The translations under genes and the position numbers were made by a program. DNA of 64,000 nucleotides, taken from Eledone cirrhosa (taxonomy: Eukaryota). The notes under the pieces were generated by a model. The model had not been told where the DNA came from, searched no databases, and saw only the letters and a list, made by a program, of their open reading frames with translations. Position 1 is the first letter of the stretch; each line of letters opens with the position of its first letter. The stretch lies in assembly GCA_964016885.1 (NCBI GenBank), contig OZ024742.1, positions 323,082,001-323,146,000 on the forward strand. The letters are read 5' to 3'. Shown here in pieces: positions 25,096 through 38,069 of the stretch.

Positions 25096-26477
25096 ATTTT
25101 TTTACATATTCCTTTGTTATATTCCAATACCTGATGATATCACCGGATTCATATGGAACCCGGTCATTGAAATGATCATAGTATAATAAACCTTTCAAGG
25201 ATTTACACCAGTCTAGCCTCCTGTTATTTTATTTCATTTAAAATTAACTCCGTATTCGCACCACCAACTACACAAACGAAGACGGGTGAACTGCACTGCG
25301 TTGAGTACTTTTCACAATATTACACCAGGATTGACCATACGGAATGACCAGTTCTATCCAGTGGTGAACCAACAAACCTAAAGAAATGATGCTCCTATAA
25401 TGTTGAGCACTTCAAAATGTAATATTGAACAGCGGCACTGACTTCAGTGTACAGCTATTGCCAGCATGGGATTAACTGATCTACTTACCATTCGGATTTT
25501 GGCTGCTCTGCGCCTTATCAACCGCCACCTGATACTACTTCCTTGTCGGGATGAATCCGATTCCGACAAAACTCTACGTATTATACTAAAACATGTATTG
25601 TATTGACTGAATTCTCTACTCTATACCTCAGGACTTTTTGTGACTCGCACTGAATTCGGAGACCCGAACTTTACACTAGGTACAACCTGTTACCATTCCA
25701 TCTCCTCCATCCTCTATATCTATATCTATATGTACAATTTGTATTATCTTACTACAACTTGATCTATATTGATTCTGATTTACCTTTATTAATTTTTTTA
25801 TTATTTCATAATATATTTTTTTATTATTTTACTATTTTATTATTTTTTTTATTATTTTATTAATGTATTTTTATCAATGTATTCTATCTTTATATCGGTA
25901 TTTTATCTTTGTATGCTGCTTTTATTTTTTTTTTTTGTAACTTTTCCTTACTCGGGTCATTATGCACCTTTCATAGCCCCCTACCCACCTAAGAACCACA
26001 CTACTTATAACTCAGACTAACTGGGACTTTAAAATAATTTTGGTCTATTTGCACTTTTCATTGGGTTGCTACCTTCGACTTGTGTGATGGCTTTTCCCGG
26101 CTGCGCCTTGGGCACTCGGAAAGTTCAGCCTTCTTTGACAGCATTTAGTTGGTGTTAACGATAATCGTACGAAACCATTTTGCTGGTTTGAGAGCTGATG
26201 GGGGTGAAGATGTGTGTGTGTGTCTGTGTAAACTTGTCTTCTACATCGCCTCTCTTTAATTCTTTCTTCCAGTCACTTCTGTGCGCCAACACATCTCCTT
26301 GTCCTCATCCTCTTTCAATCTTTTCTATATTTCATTTGCCTGTCAGCCACCTTGTGGATTGTTTCTTTGTTGAGCACTGGCTGCTGGTTTCTGTCCTCTC
26401 AGGCATTTCCCCCGTCGCTATCTTAGACAGCATTTAGCTGTTTTAACGGCTGTTCTAGCGATGAATTTTCTCATATA

Positions 26478-26920
26478 TATCATCATCATCATCATCATTT
26501 TACGCCCGCTGTTCCTTGCTTGCAAGGGTGGGACGGGTCCTATTCAGCACAGCATCTCTCCACTTGTCACGGTCCTTCTTCATCTCCTCCGTGAGTTTCA
26601 GCGATCTGAGGTCTGCTCTTACCACCTCCGTCCATGTTTTTCGTGGTCTTCCTCTACTGTGTCTTCCTTCTACTGGGATTTCTTGGCACTTCTTTACCCA
26701 GCGGTCATCCTCCATGCGCATCACATGTCCATACCATCTCAGTCTTCTCTCCTGCAACTTACTCCTCTTATACCCAGTTTCTTTCTCAACTCGTCTATGC
26801 TTGGTCATTCGCGCATATCAGAGGATATGCGACGGCTGGAGAGAAATAAAGCAAGCATGCTGCGTTGGATGTACAATGTCAATGTGCGTGAACGACCAAG
26901 CATAGACGAGTTGAGAAAGA
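26478..26920 (-). mobile_element. RTE LINE 3' end with (GAT)n tail and inverted 5' segment
   Basis: ERRLRWYGHVMRM...RGRPRKTW on minus; EDMRRLERNKASMLRWM on plus. Confidence 0.85.
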
Positions 26921-26929
26921 TTATACACA

Positions 26930-26977
<48 letters not shown>

Positions 26978-27147
26978 CACACACATATATATATATACAC
27001 CCATATATATACACACAAACACACACGCATATATAAATATGTATACATACACACATATACATACAAACATACACAAAAGTCTCTATACATACACGCACGT
27101 ATATATACATACATATATATATATATATAATCTTTATTTTATCATAT

Positions 27148-27432
27148 AAAGCAGTGGTACCCGGCGTTGCACGGGGTAAGGTATTTTGGACCGTGGGCCG
27201 CCAACAGACCTAATCGTGGAAAAACTGAATGCCTGGACAATATGTAAAGAAAATAAACCGAATACTCTGATGGCTGGATAATCTTTAAGATTTTCCTCGA
27301 TGAAGCAGGAAAAATGCAGGTTTTCACCTAATGCGGGCCCTAGGGCACCAAGAAAATGAATTTTCTTGGTGCCCTAGGATTCAAACTCACACACACACAC
27401 AGACAGACACCCTCAGTTTTATATATATTGAT
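27148..27432 (-). mobile_element. Non-autonomous Helitron remnant
   Basis: CCCGGCGTTGCACGGG hairpin, CCTAATGCGG subrepeat, ACAGACAGAC..TTTTATATATAT end. Confidence 0.55.
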
Positions 27433-27437
27433 TACTA

Positions 27438-27548
27438 TAGAAACTACTTCTACGGGACTAGAACTGTTGCATTCGTAAGAAATCATGAGGATTTTTCTGC
27501 TGATTTATTACGAATGAAACAGTTCTAGTCTCGTAGAAGTCATTTCTA
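27438..27548. other. About 110-bp imperfect palindrome/hairpin
   Basis: TAGAAACTACTTCTACGGGACTAGAACTGTTGCATTCGTAAGAAATCA / TGATTTATTACGAATGAAACAGTTCTAGTCTCGTAGAAGTCATTTCTA. Confidence 0.85.
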
Positions 27549-28650
27549 TGATAATATAATAATGTTTATACTCTACTTGGGAGCCTTTAATAAAAACAGT
27601 GGTCAACTTCCGATATACATAGGAAATCCACCTATTAATATACACTCACACACATACACACACAACGCACACATACACGCACACACATACACACACAAAC
27701 ACACGGTTTAGTGCCCCCTCCCTCCTACATGACTTCATTTCCTCGTAATTTCTTACTAATCCATATTTCATAGAAACACATTTTCCAAGGTGTGCATTAT
27801 GCTTATGGTTATATTTAGTTTTACTAATTTGTCATTCATTCATTCACAGAAGGCATCGGATGTTGTTTGTAATCTTAACACGAAGGATTACCCAACAACA
27901 ACAACAACAACAACAAGAGAATGAATAAAACAGCAATAATAACATCAATAATGGCAACAGCAACTAGCATCAACAACAATGACAATAGCAACAAGACCAA
28001 CAGTAACGTAGTACAGCTATGGTAACAAATACAGTAAGGTGACATACAGTAAACACGAAAATAACAACATTTGTAACCCTAGTGACAAACAGAAACAACT
28101 ATTACGACGTCAACAACAGCAACAACTACTACGATGACGACAACAATACCAAGGTAACCATGGCGGCAACGTCGACAACAACAACAATAACAACTATCAA
28201 CAATAATTAAAATCCAATCGACATGGTCAGTACTATGGCGACAAACAAAATAAACAGGCGGGATAAATAGAATATAAACAATAACAGTTTTTCCATGCTT
28301 GCATGGGCTGGGAGAAACCCAGAGTTTATCCCGGCGTCATTGTTGTTTAAGCGACTAATGATACAAGACGAGACGCTTGTCTTTTGCGGGGGTTAACCCC
28401 CAAGCTGCACAAAGACACAATACCAGACCTGTGAACTCTGCCCGTCCGGCGGGGAGATCTATCACCCACTTTGGGGTGGGTGAGAGATGTCGTCCCTTGT
28501 GAAAATGGGTATAGCTTTCATTATGTAAAAACTCCCCATTTTGCCATTTCTCCCTGTTTTGGGGCATTTTTTTTTTCGTGGTATTCCCCGATTGGGTTTT
28601 TAGAGGTTGGCAGGTCTGCAATATATCACTCGGAAACGAACTAAATACAT

Positions 28651-28752
28651 AATTGTTTCTACGTTTGGCACAAGGCCAGCAATTACCCAGTGCATTACTG
28701 GTACTTTATTTTATCGACCCCGTAAGGATGAAAGGCAAAGTGAACCTCGGCG
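28651..28752 (-). mobile_element. 5'-truncated tRNA-SINE with 16-bp TSD GAACTAAATACATAAT
   Basis: Direct repeat at 28638-28653 and 28754-28769. Confidence 0.9.
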
Positions 28753-29432
28753 TGAACTAAATACATAATGATCGTATGTTCAACAATCTAACCACAAGTC
28801 CATACGCCTTCATATATCAATATTATGGCTGAGGGAAAACATCCCAGGCGAGGTCTCTACTTATTAACCAAAAATACAGTCTGTAGGTTGAAAGTCTGTC
28901 TCAATCCGAGGAGTTCTTATCCCCGGTTTCCTTGGCGTTAAACAACTGAGGGTACAACACGTCAGTCAACCGAAGGGTTAAATCCTCAGGTACTTGCTGA
29001 TACTCATTTTCAGCTCAGTATACTGTTTTGCTTAAGATCACAACAGATTTTGAACAGGAATCGACCCGACGATATTATGATCATAAGTCTAACACCCTAG
29101 CCACTAGGCCACGTGACTTTACAAACACAGTAAGGTCTCATATATGTAATACAGTGAGTTTCGAAAAATAAAACTTGAATCTACAGATCCGTAGTCAAAA
29201 ACTATTATAATAGTGTTTAAAATCTAAAATAAATAAATAAATAAATAAAAGTAAAAACGGCAAGCAAGGGACATAACTACAATAAGATCAGTTGATTGAA
29301 ATTTCTAGACAATACACTGGAGTGGATTTGGTCTTTAAAGGCTACTGATGAAATCGATGGACATGTTTCACTCTTAAGAGATCTCATCAAAGAAGAGTAT
29401 ATTAACCTCAGTTCGAAAGACTTAGAAATTAT

Positions 29433-29482
<50 letters not shown>

Positions 29483-29701
29483 AATATAAACGTGTTTCAA
29501 ATAATATATTTGTGCAGTGTTGAGATTAATATTTTCCAATAAATTGTCCAGAGCAAGTTATTTCTTTCCCGAACAACGTCAAGTACTACTGCTAGTGTGC
29601 GCGTGTGCGTGTAATTAGTTCAAGATAAATAAGACGAACACAAAGATGCAATAATAAAAACTCTTATCAGTTTCTTGCTTGCTGGAAAAAGAATATGAAT
29701 G

Positions 29702-29737
29702 TTCCAACATATCGGATGTTAGTCCTTCATCAGGAAT
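29702..29737 (-). ncRNA. Decayed minimal hammerhead (same family as 42035-42070)
   Basis: Minus: TTC-CTGATGA-AGGACTAACATCC-GATATGTTG-GAA; GAAAC box mutated. Confidence 0.4.
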
Positions 29738-30710
29738 GAACAAAGTTAAAAGAAGGGAAGGCTACATCATTGGTCAACCACATAGAAATATGTAACTAAT
29801 GGTTTTATAAAGACTACCAAATGTAGAAGCAATAGCGAAATGTAAGTAGCAATTTGCAAATTATGCTGGTGGCTAATTTCAATCTATATTAAATTCTGCA
29901 CTAAGCAACTGTAATTTATGATAAATACATATCTGTACAGATACAGTACAAAATTAACCGAGGCTGCGTAAATGTATGTATAAATATAGACATTGAGTAT
30001 ATAGACAAATACATATGTCATATTTACGTATTTCCCTGTAAATTGAAAAATATATGAATATTCCTAATTGATTTTCGACTTTGGTTGGGGTTTCATCAGT
30101 GGGTAACTTCAGTGTTGATCAACCACAGAGAAACCACAATACATTCCAGTCGGATGTACCTCAGTTCTTGGGACAGTCTTTAACTTTAACAATTCCATCA
30201 CTCCCACCATCAATACCATGGTGTTATTGTTACTAAACAACAATACCATGGTTACTAATACCACCATCACAAATACTATAAATACGTACTGCAACTATCA
30301 CCATTAATACAACCACCAACACTGATGTAAACATCAACAGACTAAAAATAGCGCTCATCAAACACATTATCTTGTTTCTTACAGGCAACACCAAAATTCA
30401 TAAAAAATAAACAGGCACCCAACCAGCTCACCCACCAACCAGCCAGACAGCCAGCTAACCATCCACCCACCCAACATACTCAACAACATAAACATACCAC
30501 ACATTCAGAAAATGAAAATATTAGCAATTATATACAAACACATCCACAACATTCACAGAACATGTAGAAGAATTAGTTTTTAAAAAAAATGTAATGAAGC
30601 GAGGTACAAACATACTTAGAGAGCACTCAATGTGCCAAACCAATGTTGTACAAACACAACAGATCTTGTCATAGTAATTCAGGCCAACAAATCACAACAA
30701 ACCAAATAAT

Positions 30711-30899
30711 AATTGTTTCTACTTTTGGCACAAGGCCAGCAATTATCCAGTGAATTACTGGTACTTTATTTTATCGACCCCGTAAAGATGAAAGGCAAAG
30801 TTAACCGCGGCGGGATTTGAACTCAGAATGGCAAGGGCCGTAACTCTATGCGTCAAAGCATGACGTCCAATCCTCTACCGATACTGCCAATCCACCGCC
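30711..30899 (-). mobile_element. tRNA-SINE, full length
   Basis: Family consensus including head GGCGGTGGATTGGCAGTATCGG. Confidence 0.9.
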
Positions 30900-32645
30900 C
30901 CAAATTATTATTTCTACTAACAATAAAAACACAAATAACGAACGAATTTTGTATCATCACTACAGCTTGCATGTAGAGCAAAGTTACATACCACCTACAT
31001 GCTTGAAATGAAAAATAACTTGCATATACGAATAAAATAACTTGTGTATACGAACAGTACTGTTTATTGTCACAGCAAGCTCCAAACCGCTCAGGGGACG
31101 GGGCGGATTAAGCTTGCATAGGGCTGCCTGGCTGAAAATCTCCTCGGAGCTTTTGCGTAATATTTATAGTAGCAAAATACAAATAAAAATAATAATATTA
31201 ATAATTCCAAACAAACAAACACGGAAACATCAAAACCCACAAATGTAGCAACAGCACCAATAACCTTGTACGCTGTATGATGAGGTGCATATTATCAATA
31301 ACAAGTACAGAAGATACAAAGAAACGCTTTAGCTATGGTCATCATCAGGTCTGCTGACCCAGAGCTATACAATAGCATACACAAGAACAGAATAGTAAGT
31401 GAAGGAAATGAAACACCCTCAGACAATTTGAAAATCGGACGGAGTACTAAATGTTATTCTTAATAAACACTGCATTCAGAAGTACATCATCAGAAGAAAA
31501 TGCAGATGATATAAAAGAACGTTTTGGCAGAGGCCTGCTGACCTAGGACTGCCCAACAACAAACACAAAGGAATAGAATGGACAATAGGAGAAATTAAAC
31601 ACCTTTGAACAATCTGCATGTCGGACAGAGTGCCCAGTGTTGTTATCAACTAGGCATAGCACTTATCTATACGTCTCATCGTGTCCGAGAATACCATACT
31701 ATTATGTTCCTTTGCCAAATCTGGAAGATGGAATCTTGCATGAAGAAAGGGCCCTGTGATGATGTGAAATGTCCAATGCAACGGATATTACTGACTGTTT
31801 TCCACAACAATGCTTTCGCCATCTTGTCCACGAGGTACAGCTAAGGAAAAGTGAAAATTTTTGCAAGGAAAAAAGGAAAGAAAAACGTCATAATATTGGA
31901 TAGGAAAAAGTCACAATTTGCGTTGGGGAAAATGCCCCAATTCAGGCTTGGAAAATAAAGTCAATTTAGGTTAGGAAAATGTCAAAGGAAAAAACAACCG
32001 CACATTTCGTTTAGATACTAGAGTAATTAAACAAAGATATTTTAACACCAACAAGAAACAATCGTTCTTGTTTGTAAGTCTATTGCGCATGCATGTAAGT
32101 TTGCTTATATCATTATGTGTTTATCAAGCAATGTATGAGTGTATTTATCTGAAAGGGACTCTTGTGTGTGTGTGTGTGTGTGTATCTGTGTGAATGTGTG
32201 TGTGTAAATTTAATTGTTTATGCTGTTATTTTCCTGTACCATTGTGTATGTGTTGTAATCTTTGTGTATGTTTGTTTTACTGTTCCACGCATGTGTGCAT
32301 AGATATGTCATTAATATGTGTCTGTAAATGTACGCGAGTGATATTGTATGTGCGAGTATGTGAATGATACGATGGACGGGTTCCAAGTGAACCTTAAAGA
32401 TAAGGGAGTTAAGGTAATTTGATATACGGAATTTTAAAAGAATGGCTTAAGGTTTATATAAGACATCTCCCTCTCTCTTTCTCTTCCTTTCTTTCACATT
32501 TTGTGCGTATACAATGTTAGGACATAAGTACTATGTATGTATGTATGTATGTATGTATGTATGTATGTATGTATGTATGCATGCATGTATGTATGTATGT
32601 ATGTATGTATGTATGTATGTATGTATGTATGTATGTATGTATGCA

Positions 32646-33488
32646 TGTTATCTCATTCTCTTAATTTTGAGTATATTTTTTTGACCAGCCACCTTCCTGG
32701 TGGCAAGGTTGTAAAAGAAAAGAAATTGTCATCCCTTGAATCGCAAGAATGTTTTACAAATTTTGAAGGTGCCAGCTATCGCAGCCATTTGTAGACTATG
32801 AATTAGGGAGCTGCGCTCTTTGCCCGCAAATCCAAGTTCAGTCATACTTTGGTCCAAGCGGGTTGGTATATAACCCGTAGCTCCAATAATGATGGGTATG
32901 AAGCTAAAGGTGTATCTTGGATACTGGATTTGTAAACTCCTCTTCAATGGTCCGTAGATGTCCTCCTTCTCCTGTATTTTTCTGACAACGTTTACATCAA
33001 GAGGGTAGCTGATCTCCACAACAGAACACGTTTTCAATGTGTGGTCCCAAACAACAATATCAGGCCGGTTGTGCTTTAATTTGGTGGCAGTTTTTATTTT
33101 CAGGTTTCACCAGTATTCCTTAGTGCCATCTGTCTCAATATATTCTTCCTCGTTTGTTTTTAATTTTGTTTGTGCGTTCCAGATGGTTCTAGCTATCCCA
33201 TCGTGTCTCGTGGGGAGGTAGTAGCGAGATGACATTCTTTCGCAGCCGGCAACAATGTGGCTTACATCATCGATCTTTGTTTCACATAGCCTGCATTTAT
33301 TGTCAGCTGATGGCCCTCCTCTTTTGTGCAGCAGATATTTGGTAGGGAGTTCTTGGTCCTGTATTGCATAGAGATATCCCTCAAGGTGTGATGTCATAAA
33401 CTTGTCGGAACTCCATGCCAGGCTTTTTGAGTGGTTTATCCCCTCAATGGTCTGTGTTTTACGTCTCAAGTATCCATGCACAACTTTT
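32646..33488 (-). mobile_element. R4/Dong-like RLE retrotransposon copy A (5'-truncated)
   Basis: HGY, IQDQEL.TK, CRLC...SHIVAGC, RHD, PDI, VEISYP, IGATG restriction-like endonuclease motifs; flanked by (TATG)n. Confidence 0.85.
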
Positions 33489-33543
33489 ATGTATGTATGT
33501 ATGTATGTATGTATGTATGTATGTATGTATGTATGTATGTATG

Positions 33544-33970
33544 TTCTTTCGGTTTTATAATTTCACAAATTTTTGCCAATAGAGAGAGAGAGTCGGTTTC
33601 TAACATAGTTACAAGACTCTCTCATTGGAATTTATACAACATCAACTAGATATATATATATGCATGTCTGCATGCATGCATGTGTAGGTATGGATGTTAT
33701 TGTATGTGTGGATATGTATGTTTTGATTTGTATGTGTGCATGTGCATACGCTTTGTATCTGTACATATATATATGAAGTTATTAGATGCAAAATTTTTGG
33801 AGTGTTTTACATATTTTTACTGTTCCATTAATGGATTGTACTTGTAATTTCCTAACTAGTTGTGTTCTTTCTGTTCCTGTGAAGCCCAGCTTCTCAAGAT
33901 TTGTATTGAGGCAGTTACTAACATGTCCCAGTGCCCCAATAATCACTGGAATAAATCTGAAGGTATAATG
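33544..33970 (-). mobile_element. R4/Dong-like copy B (3' end, second family)
   Basis: Near-identical to 33986-34390; (TATG)n flanks. Confidence 0.85.
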
Positions 33971-33985
33971 AATGTATGTATGTAT

Positions 33986-34991
33986 ATTCTTCTGGTTTTA
34001 TAATTTCACATTTTTTTCCCCAATAAAGAGAGAGTCGGTTTCTAACATAGACACAAGACTCTCTCATTGGAATTTACACAACATCAACTAGATATATATA
34101 TATGCATGTCTGCATGCATGCATGTGTAGATATGGATGTTATTGTATGTGTGGATGTGTATGTTTTGAGTTGTATGTGTGCATGTGTATATGCAGTTATT
34201 AGATGCAAAATCTTTGGAATGTTTTACATATTTTTACTGTTCCATTAATGGATTGTACTTGTAATTTCCTAACTAGTTGTGTTCTTTCTGTTCCTGTGAA
34301 GCCTAGCTTCTCAAGATTTGTATTGAGGCAGTTACTAACATACCCCAGTGCCCCAATAATCACAGGCATAAATCTGAAGCTGTAATCAGGGTGGAGTATC
34401 TGCAGATTTCTTATCAGTTCTGCATAAATATTCACCTTTTCGCTAATCTTTGATATTATATTGGCATCTGCTGGGCAGCTAATTTCCACTACTGTGCATG
34501 CTTTCTTCACTCTGTCCCATATTATAATATCTGGTCTGTTATCCCTGCATTTTATTGTAGTTTTTACTGGAACATTCCACCAGTACTCTTTCATATTATG
34601 TACATGGATGTCTTCCACATTGCTGTAGCTTTTAATGTGTTTATTATCGGGGCTATCTTTTTATATGAACTGCATTGTACAGTGTTTTGGCCACTACATC
34701 ATGCCTCATAGGTAGATAGTACGCGATGACATCTTTGGACGGCTGCTGATGACATGGGTGATATCCTCGATGTTAGTTCTGCAGAGTCTGCACTTGTTAT
34801 CACATCTAGGTGTTTTGCCTGCATCCCTGTCTCTTTTGTGAATCAGGTATTTCGTGTTAATCTCCTGTTCTTGGATTGCAAAAGCGTATCCTTCAAAGTG
34901 GGAGCCAATATAGCGGTTGTTGGTCCTTATCTATATTACTCTCACTCTGGAGCTTCCTGGCAACATATCCATGCATGATTTTTTGCTGATA

Positions 34992-34992
<1 letters not shown>
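33986..34992 (-). mobile_element. R4/Dong-like copy C
   Basis: EYWWN..NRPDII.WD....VVEISCP...EK...Y RLE domain; CRLC...H upstream; (TATG)n flanks. Confidence 0.88.
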
Positions 34993-35022
<30 letters not shown>

Positions 35023-35092
35023 TGTATGTATGTATGTATGTATGTATGTATGTATGTATGTATGTATGTATGTATGTATGTATGTATGTATG

Positions 35093-36235
35093 TTCTGGTT
35101 TTTATAAATGTTTACCAATAGAGAGAGAGCCGGTTTCTAACGTAGACACAAGACTCTTTCAATGGAATGTAGACACCAACTAGGTAAATATGTATGTATG
35201 TCTGCATGTGCGCAAGCGCAGATATGGGTGTTATTGCATGTGTGGATCTGTATGTTTTGAGTTATATCTGTACACGTGCATATGTTTTGCATCTATACAT
35301 TTGTATATGCAGTTATTACATGCAGAATTTTGGGAATGTTTTACATATTTTTATAGTTCCATTATAGATTGTACATGTAACTTCGTAACTAGTCGTGCTC
35401 TTTCTGGTTCTATGAACCCAAGCATCTCAAGATTTGTACTGAAGCAGTTACTAACATATCCCAGAGCCCCAATGATCGCAGGTATAAATCCGAAGGCATA
35501 ATCTTTAATATTATAATCGCATCTGCTAGGCAGCTGATCTCAACTACTGTCCATGCCTTCTTCTCCCTGTCCCATATCATTATATCTGGTCTGTTAAGCT
35601 TGCATTTTACTGGGGTTTTCACTGGAACATTCCACCAGTACTCTTTCATATTATATATATATGTCTTCCACATTGCTGTAACTTTTACGGATTGCACCGT
35701 ACAGTGTTTTGACCACTATATCATGCCTCATGGGTAGATAGTACCGTGATTACATCTTTGGACAGCTGCTTATGATCTGGATGACATCTTCGATGTTAAT
35801 TTTGCAGAGTCTGCATTTGTTGTCACATCTAAGTGTTTTGCATGCATCCCTATCTCTTTTGTGAATCAGGTATTTTGTATTAATTTCCCGTTCTTGGATT
35901 TCAAAAGCATATCCTTCATAATTGGGAGCCAATATAGTGGTTATTGGTCCAAGGTAGACTATTTTGCTTATCTATATTACTCTCACTTTGGAACCTCCTG
36001 GCAACATATCCATACATGATTTTTTGCTAAGCATGCAGCTTTTCATCCAAGGATTCACTGCGGTACTGCAGTGCAATTTCCTTGGGTGTGAGTTTTTGAT
36101 TATCATGCAGGGAGTATTTCTCAAGGGCTCCTTCCCAACTCTCACGTAGACAGACTTGCTCAATATGTGGGCTCCAATGTTTGGTGGTTCGTAGATGTTG
36201 TCAGAGGGGTATGATGCGACACTCAAATGCTGTCT
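35093..36235 (-). mobile_element. R4/Dong-like copy D (more diverged)
   Basis: KCRLCKINIEDV.QIISSC, NRPDIMIWD; same 3'UTR. Confidence 0.85.
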
Positions 36236-36492
36236 TCAAGGAAACGCTGCTTAAATACGCGATTCGATCGCTGTCCTCATGAATTCGTTCGGAAAAAATG
36301 GTCTATTAATTTAATTTAATTCTTTTTTTCGACTTTTCATTTAACCCTTGACTCCCTGTGAAACACAAGTTGCCTACCTGTTTTTTTTATAGTTACCTCC
36401 CTTTTCATTTACAATATTTAAGGTATTTGTCTAATTGTAGGATAATTTCGGGATTACATATATATATCTATATATTTAGAGAGAGAGGGGGG

Positions 36493-36602
<110 letters not shown>

Positions 36603-36649
36603 CATGAAGGTCGTCTGCTCCATACAAAGCTTGACCACTTCTTGTACTT

Positions 36650-37580
36650 TATGAATGTGCCTTCCTGGTATGAGATCTCCAATAAGTTTTGAGTCCTGAA
36701 AGACTGTGAAAGACCCGTCCACAAATAATACAATGAGGTCTCATTTCGCTCTTGTTTCCACTGGGTTCGCTTATTGTATATGTTTAGATGTCACTTCAAT
36801 CCACCACCAGATTTGCAAATATTTTGACAAACATGGCACTAGAAGTGATTCCCTGCAACGAAGTCTAAATAGTCAACTTGGACTTTACTATCATGTGCTT
36901 GTTGGTGTGACTTCAAGCCAGCGTTCGAAAGGCATATCCTAGGGCACACATGGCATTTAAAAACCAACACTAGATAATATTCATCATTATTATTGTGGAT
37001 TGGCAGTATCGGTAGAGGGTCAGACGCCATGCTTTCCAGCATAGTTACGTCCCTTTACGATCTGAGTTCAAATCCCGCCGAGGTTGACTTTGCCTTTCAT
37101 CCTTACGGGGTCGATAAAATAAAGTACCAGTAATGCACTGGGTAATTGCTGGCCTTGTGCCTAAAGTAGAAACAATTATTATTGTTGGTCTCATTCTTCC
37201 GCACTTTTCAGTTCTGCATGTTTTACCCTCTCTATTCAAGACATTTCTACAGGCCACTCTATCTGCTGCACATGATTCAAGATTTTTGTAGGATATGTTA
37301 AGGTATTTTAAGTTCGCTTTGAGAGAGTCTCTGTATGTCCTCCTTGGCTGTATTTAACCTTTTACCCAGCTTGAGTTCGCCATAAAACATTTTCATGGGG
37401 ATGCGTCCGTCGCCCATACCAATCAAGTGACCTGTCCATCATAAATGATTCCTAATAAGCATAGCTTGAGTAGATGTAACTTTTGCCCAAGAAAGAATCT
37501 TAGTGTCTGGAATGAATATGATCCAGCTTATTTTGAGTATATGCTGGATGCATTTTTTGTGAAATTGCTCTAACATTTAT
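36650..37580 (-). mobile_element. RTE-type LINE 3' fragment with terminal C2H2 finger, interrupted by a SINE
   Basis: WTGHLIGMGDGRIP..MFYGEL at about 37370-37445; FKCHVCPRICLSNAGLKSHQQAH. Confidence 0.7.
36994..37177 (+). mobile_element. tRNA-SINE, plus orientation
   Basis: A-box, B-box, body, (TTA) end. Confidence 0.9.
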
Positions 37581-37890
37581 GCCGTGTGTACAACATGCCA
37601 CGTGTACAACGTCCATGTCCCAGATGAATATCCCTACATACATCCATACATACATATCTTATATATCTACTTTGTAAAGTTGAAGAACTCAGTAAACATA
37701 AAATGGTTGGCGTCAGGAAGGGCAACCAGCTGTAGAAACCATGCCAAACTAGACCATTTGAGCAAGATGTGATCATCTGAGATGTCTAGTCTCAGAACGT
37801 TGATATCTGGCCAGCGTAGAACACGTGCGTAAATCGATGATGATATTGATGAAATGTGTGTATGTACATAAATATATATATGTTTGTATG

Positions 37891-38015
<125 letters not shown>

Positions 38016-38069
38016 GCACACACATATATACGCACACATACACACACTAGTGTACTTGTGTCTTCCAAT

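Noticed and set aside
25100-25680. Coding-like stretch after the Tx1 tail (similarly 53290-53950)
   Set aside because: Multiple stops and no diagnostic motif; likely a decayed TE but unassignable
29277-29440. Protein-like ORF (..VSLLRDLIKEEYINLSSKDLEII) ending in (CA)n
   Set aside because: Possibly a LINE C-terminus, but too short to assign
30075-30102. CTGATGA...GAAA on minus strand
   Set aside because: No stem II or cleavage triplet geometry; not a hammerhead
31605-31860. Possible host exon (acceptor-like site on minus strand)
   Set aside because: No frame gives a recognisable protein or a clear donor
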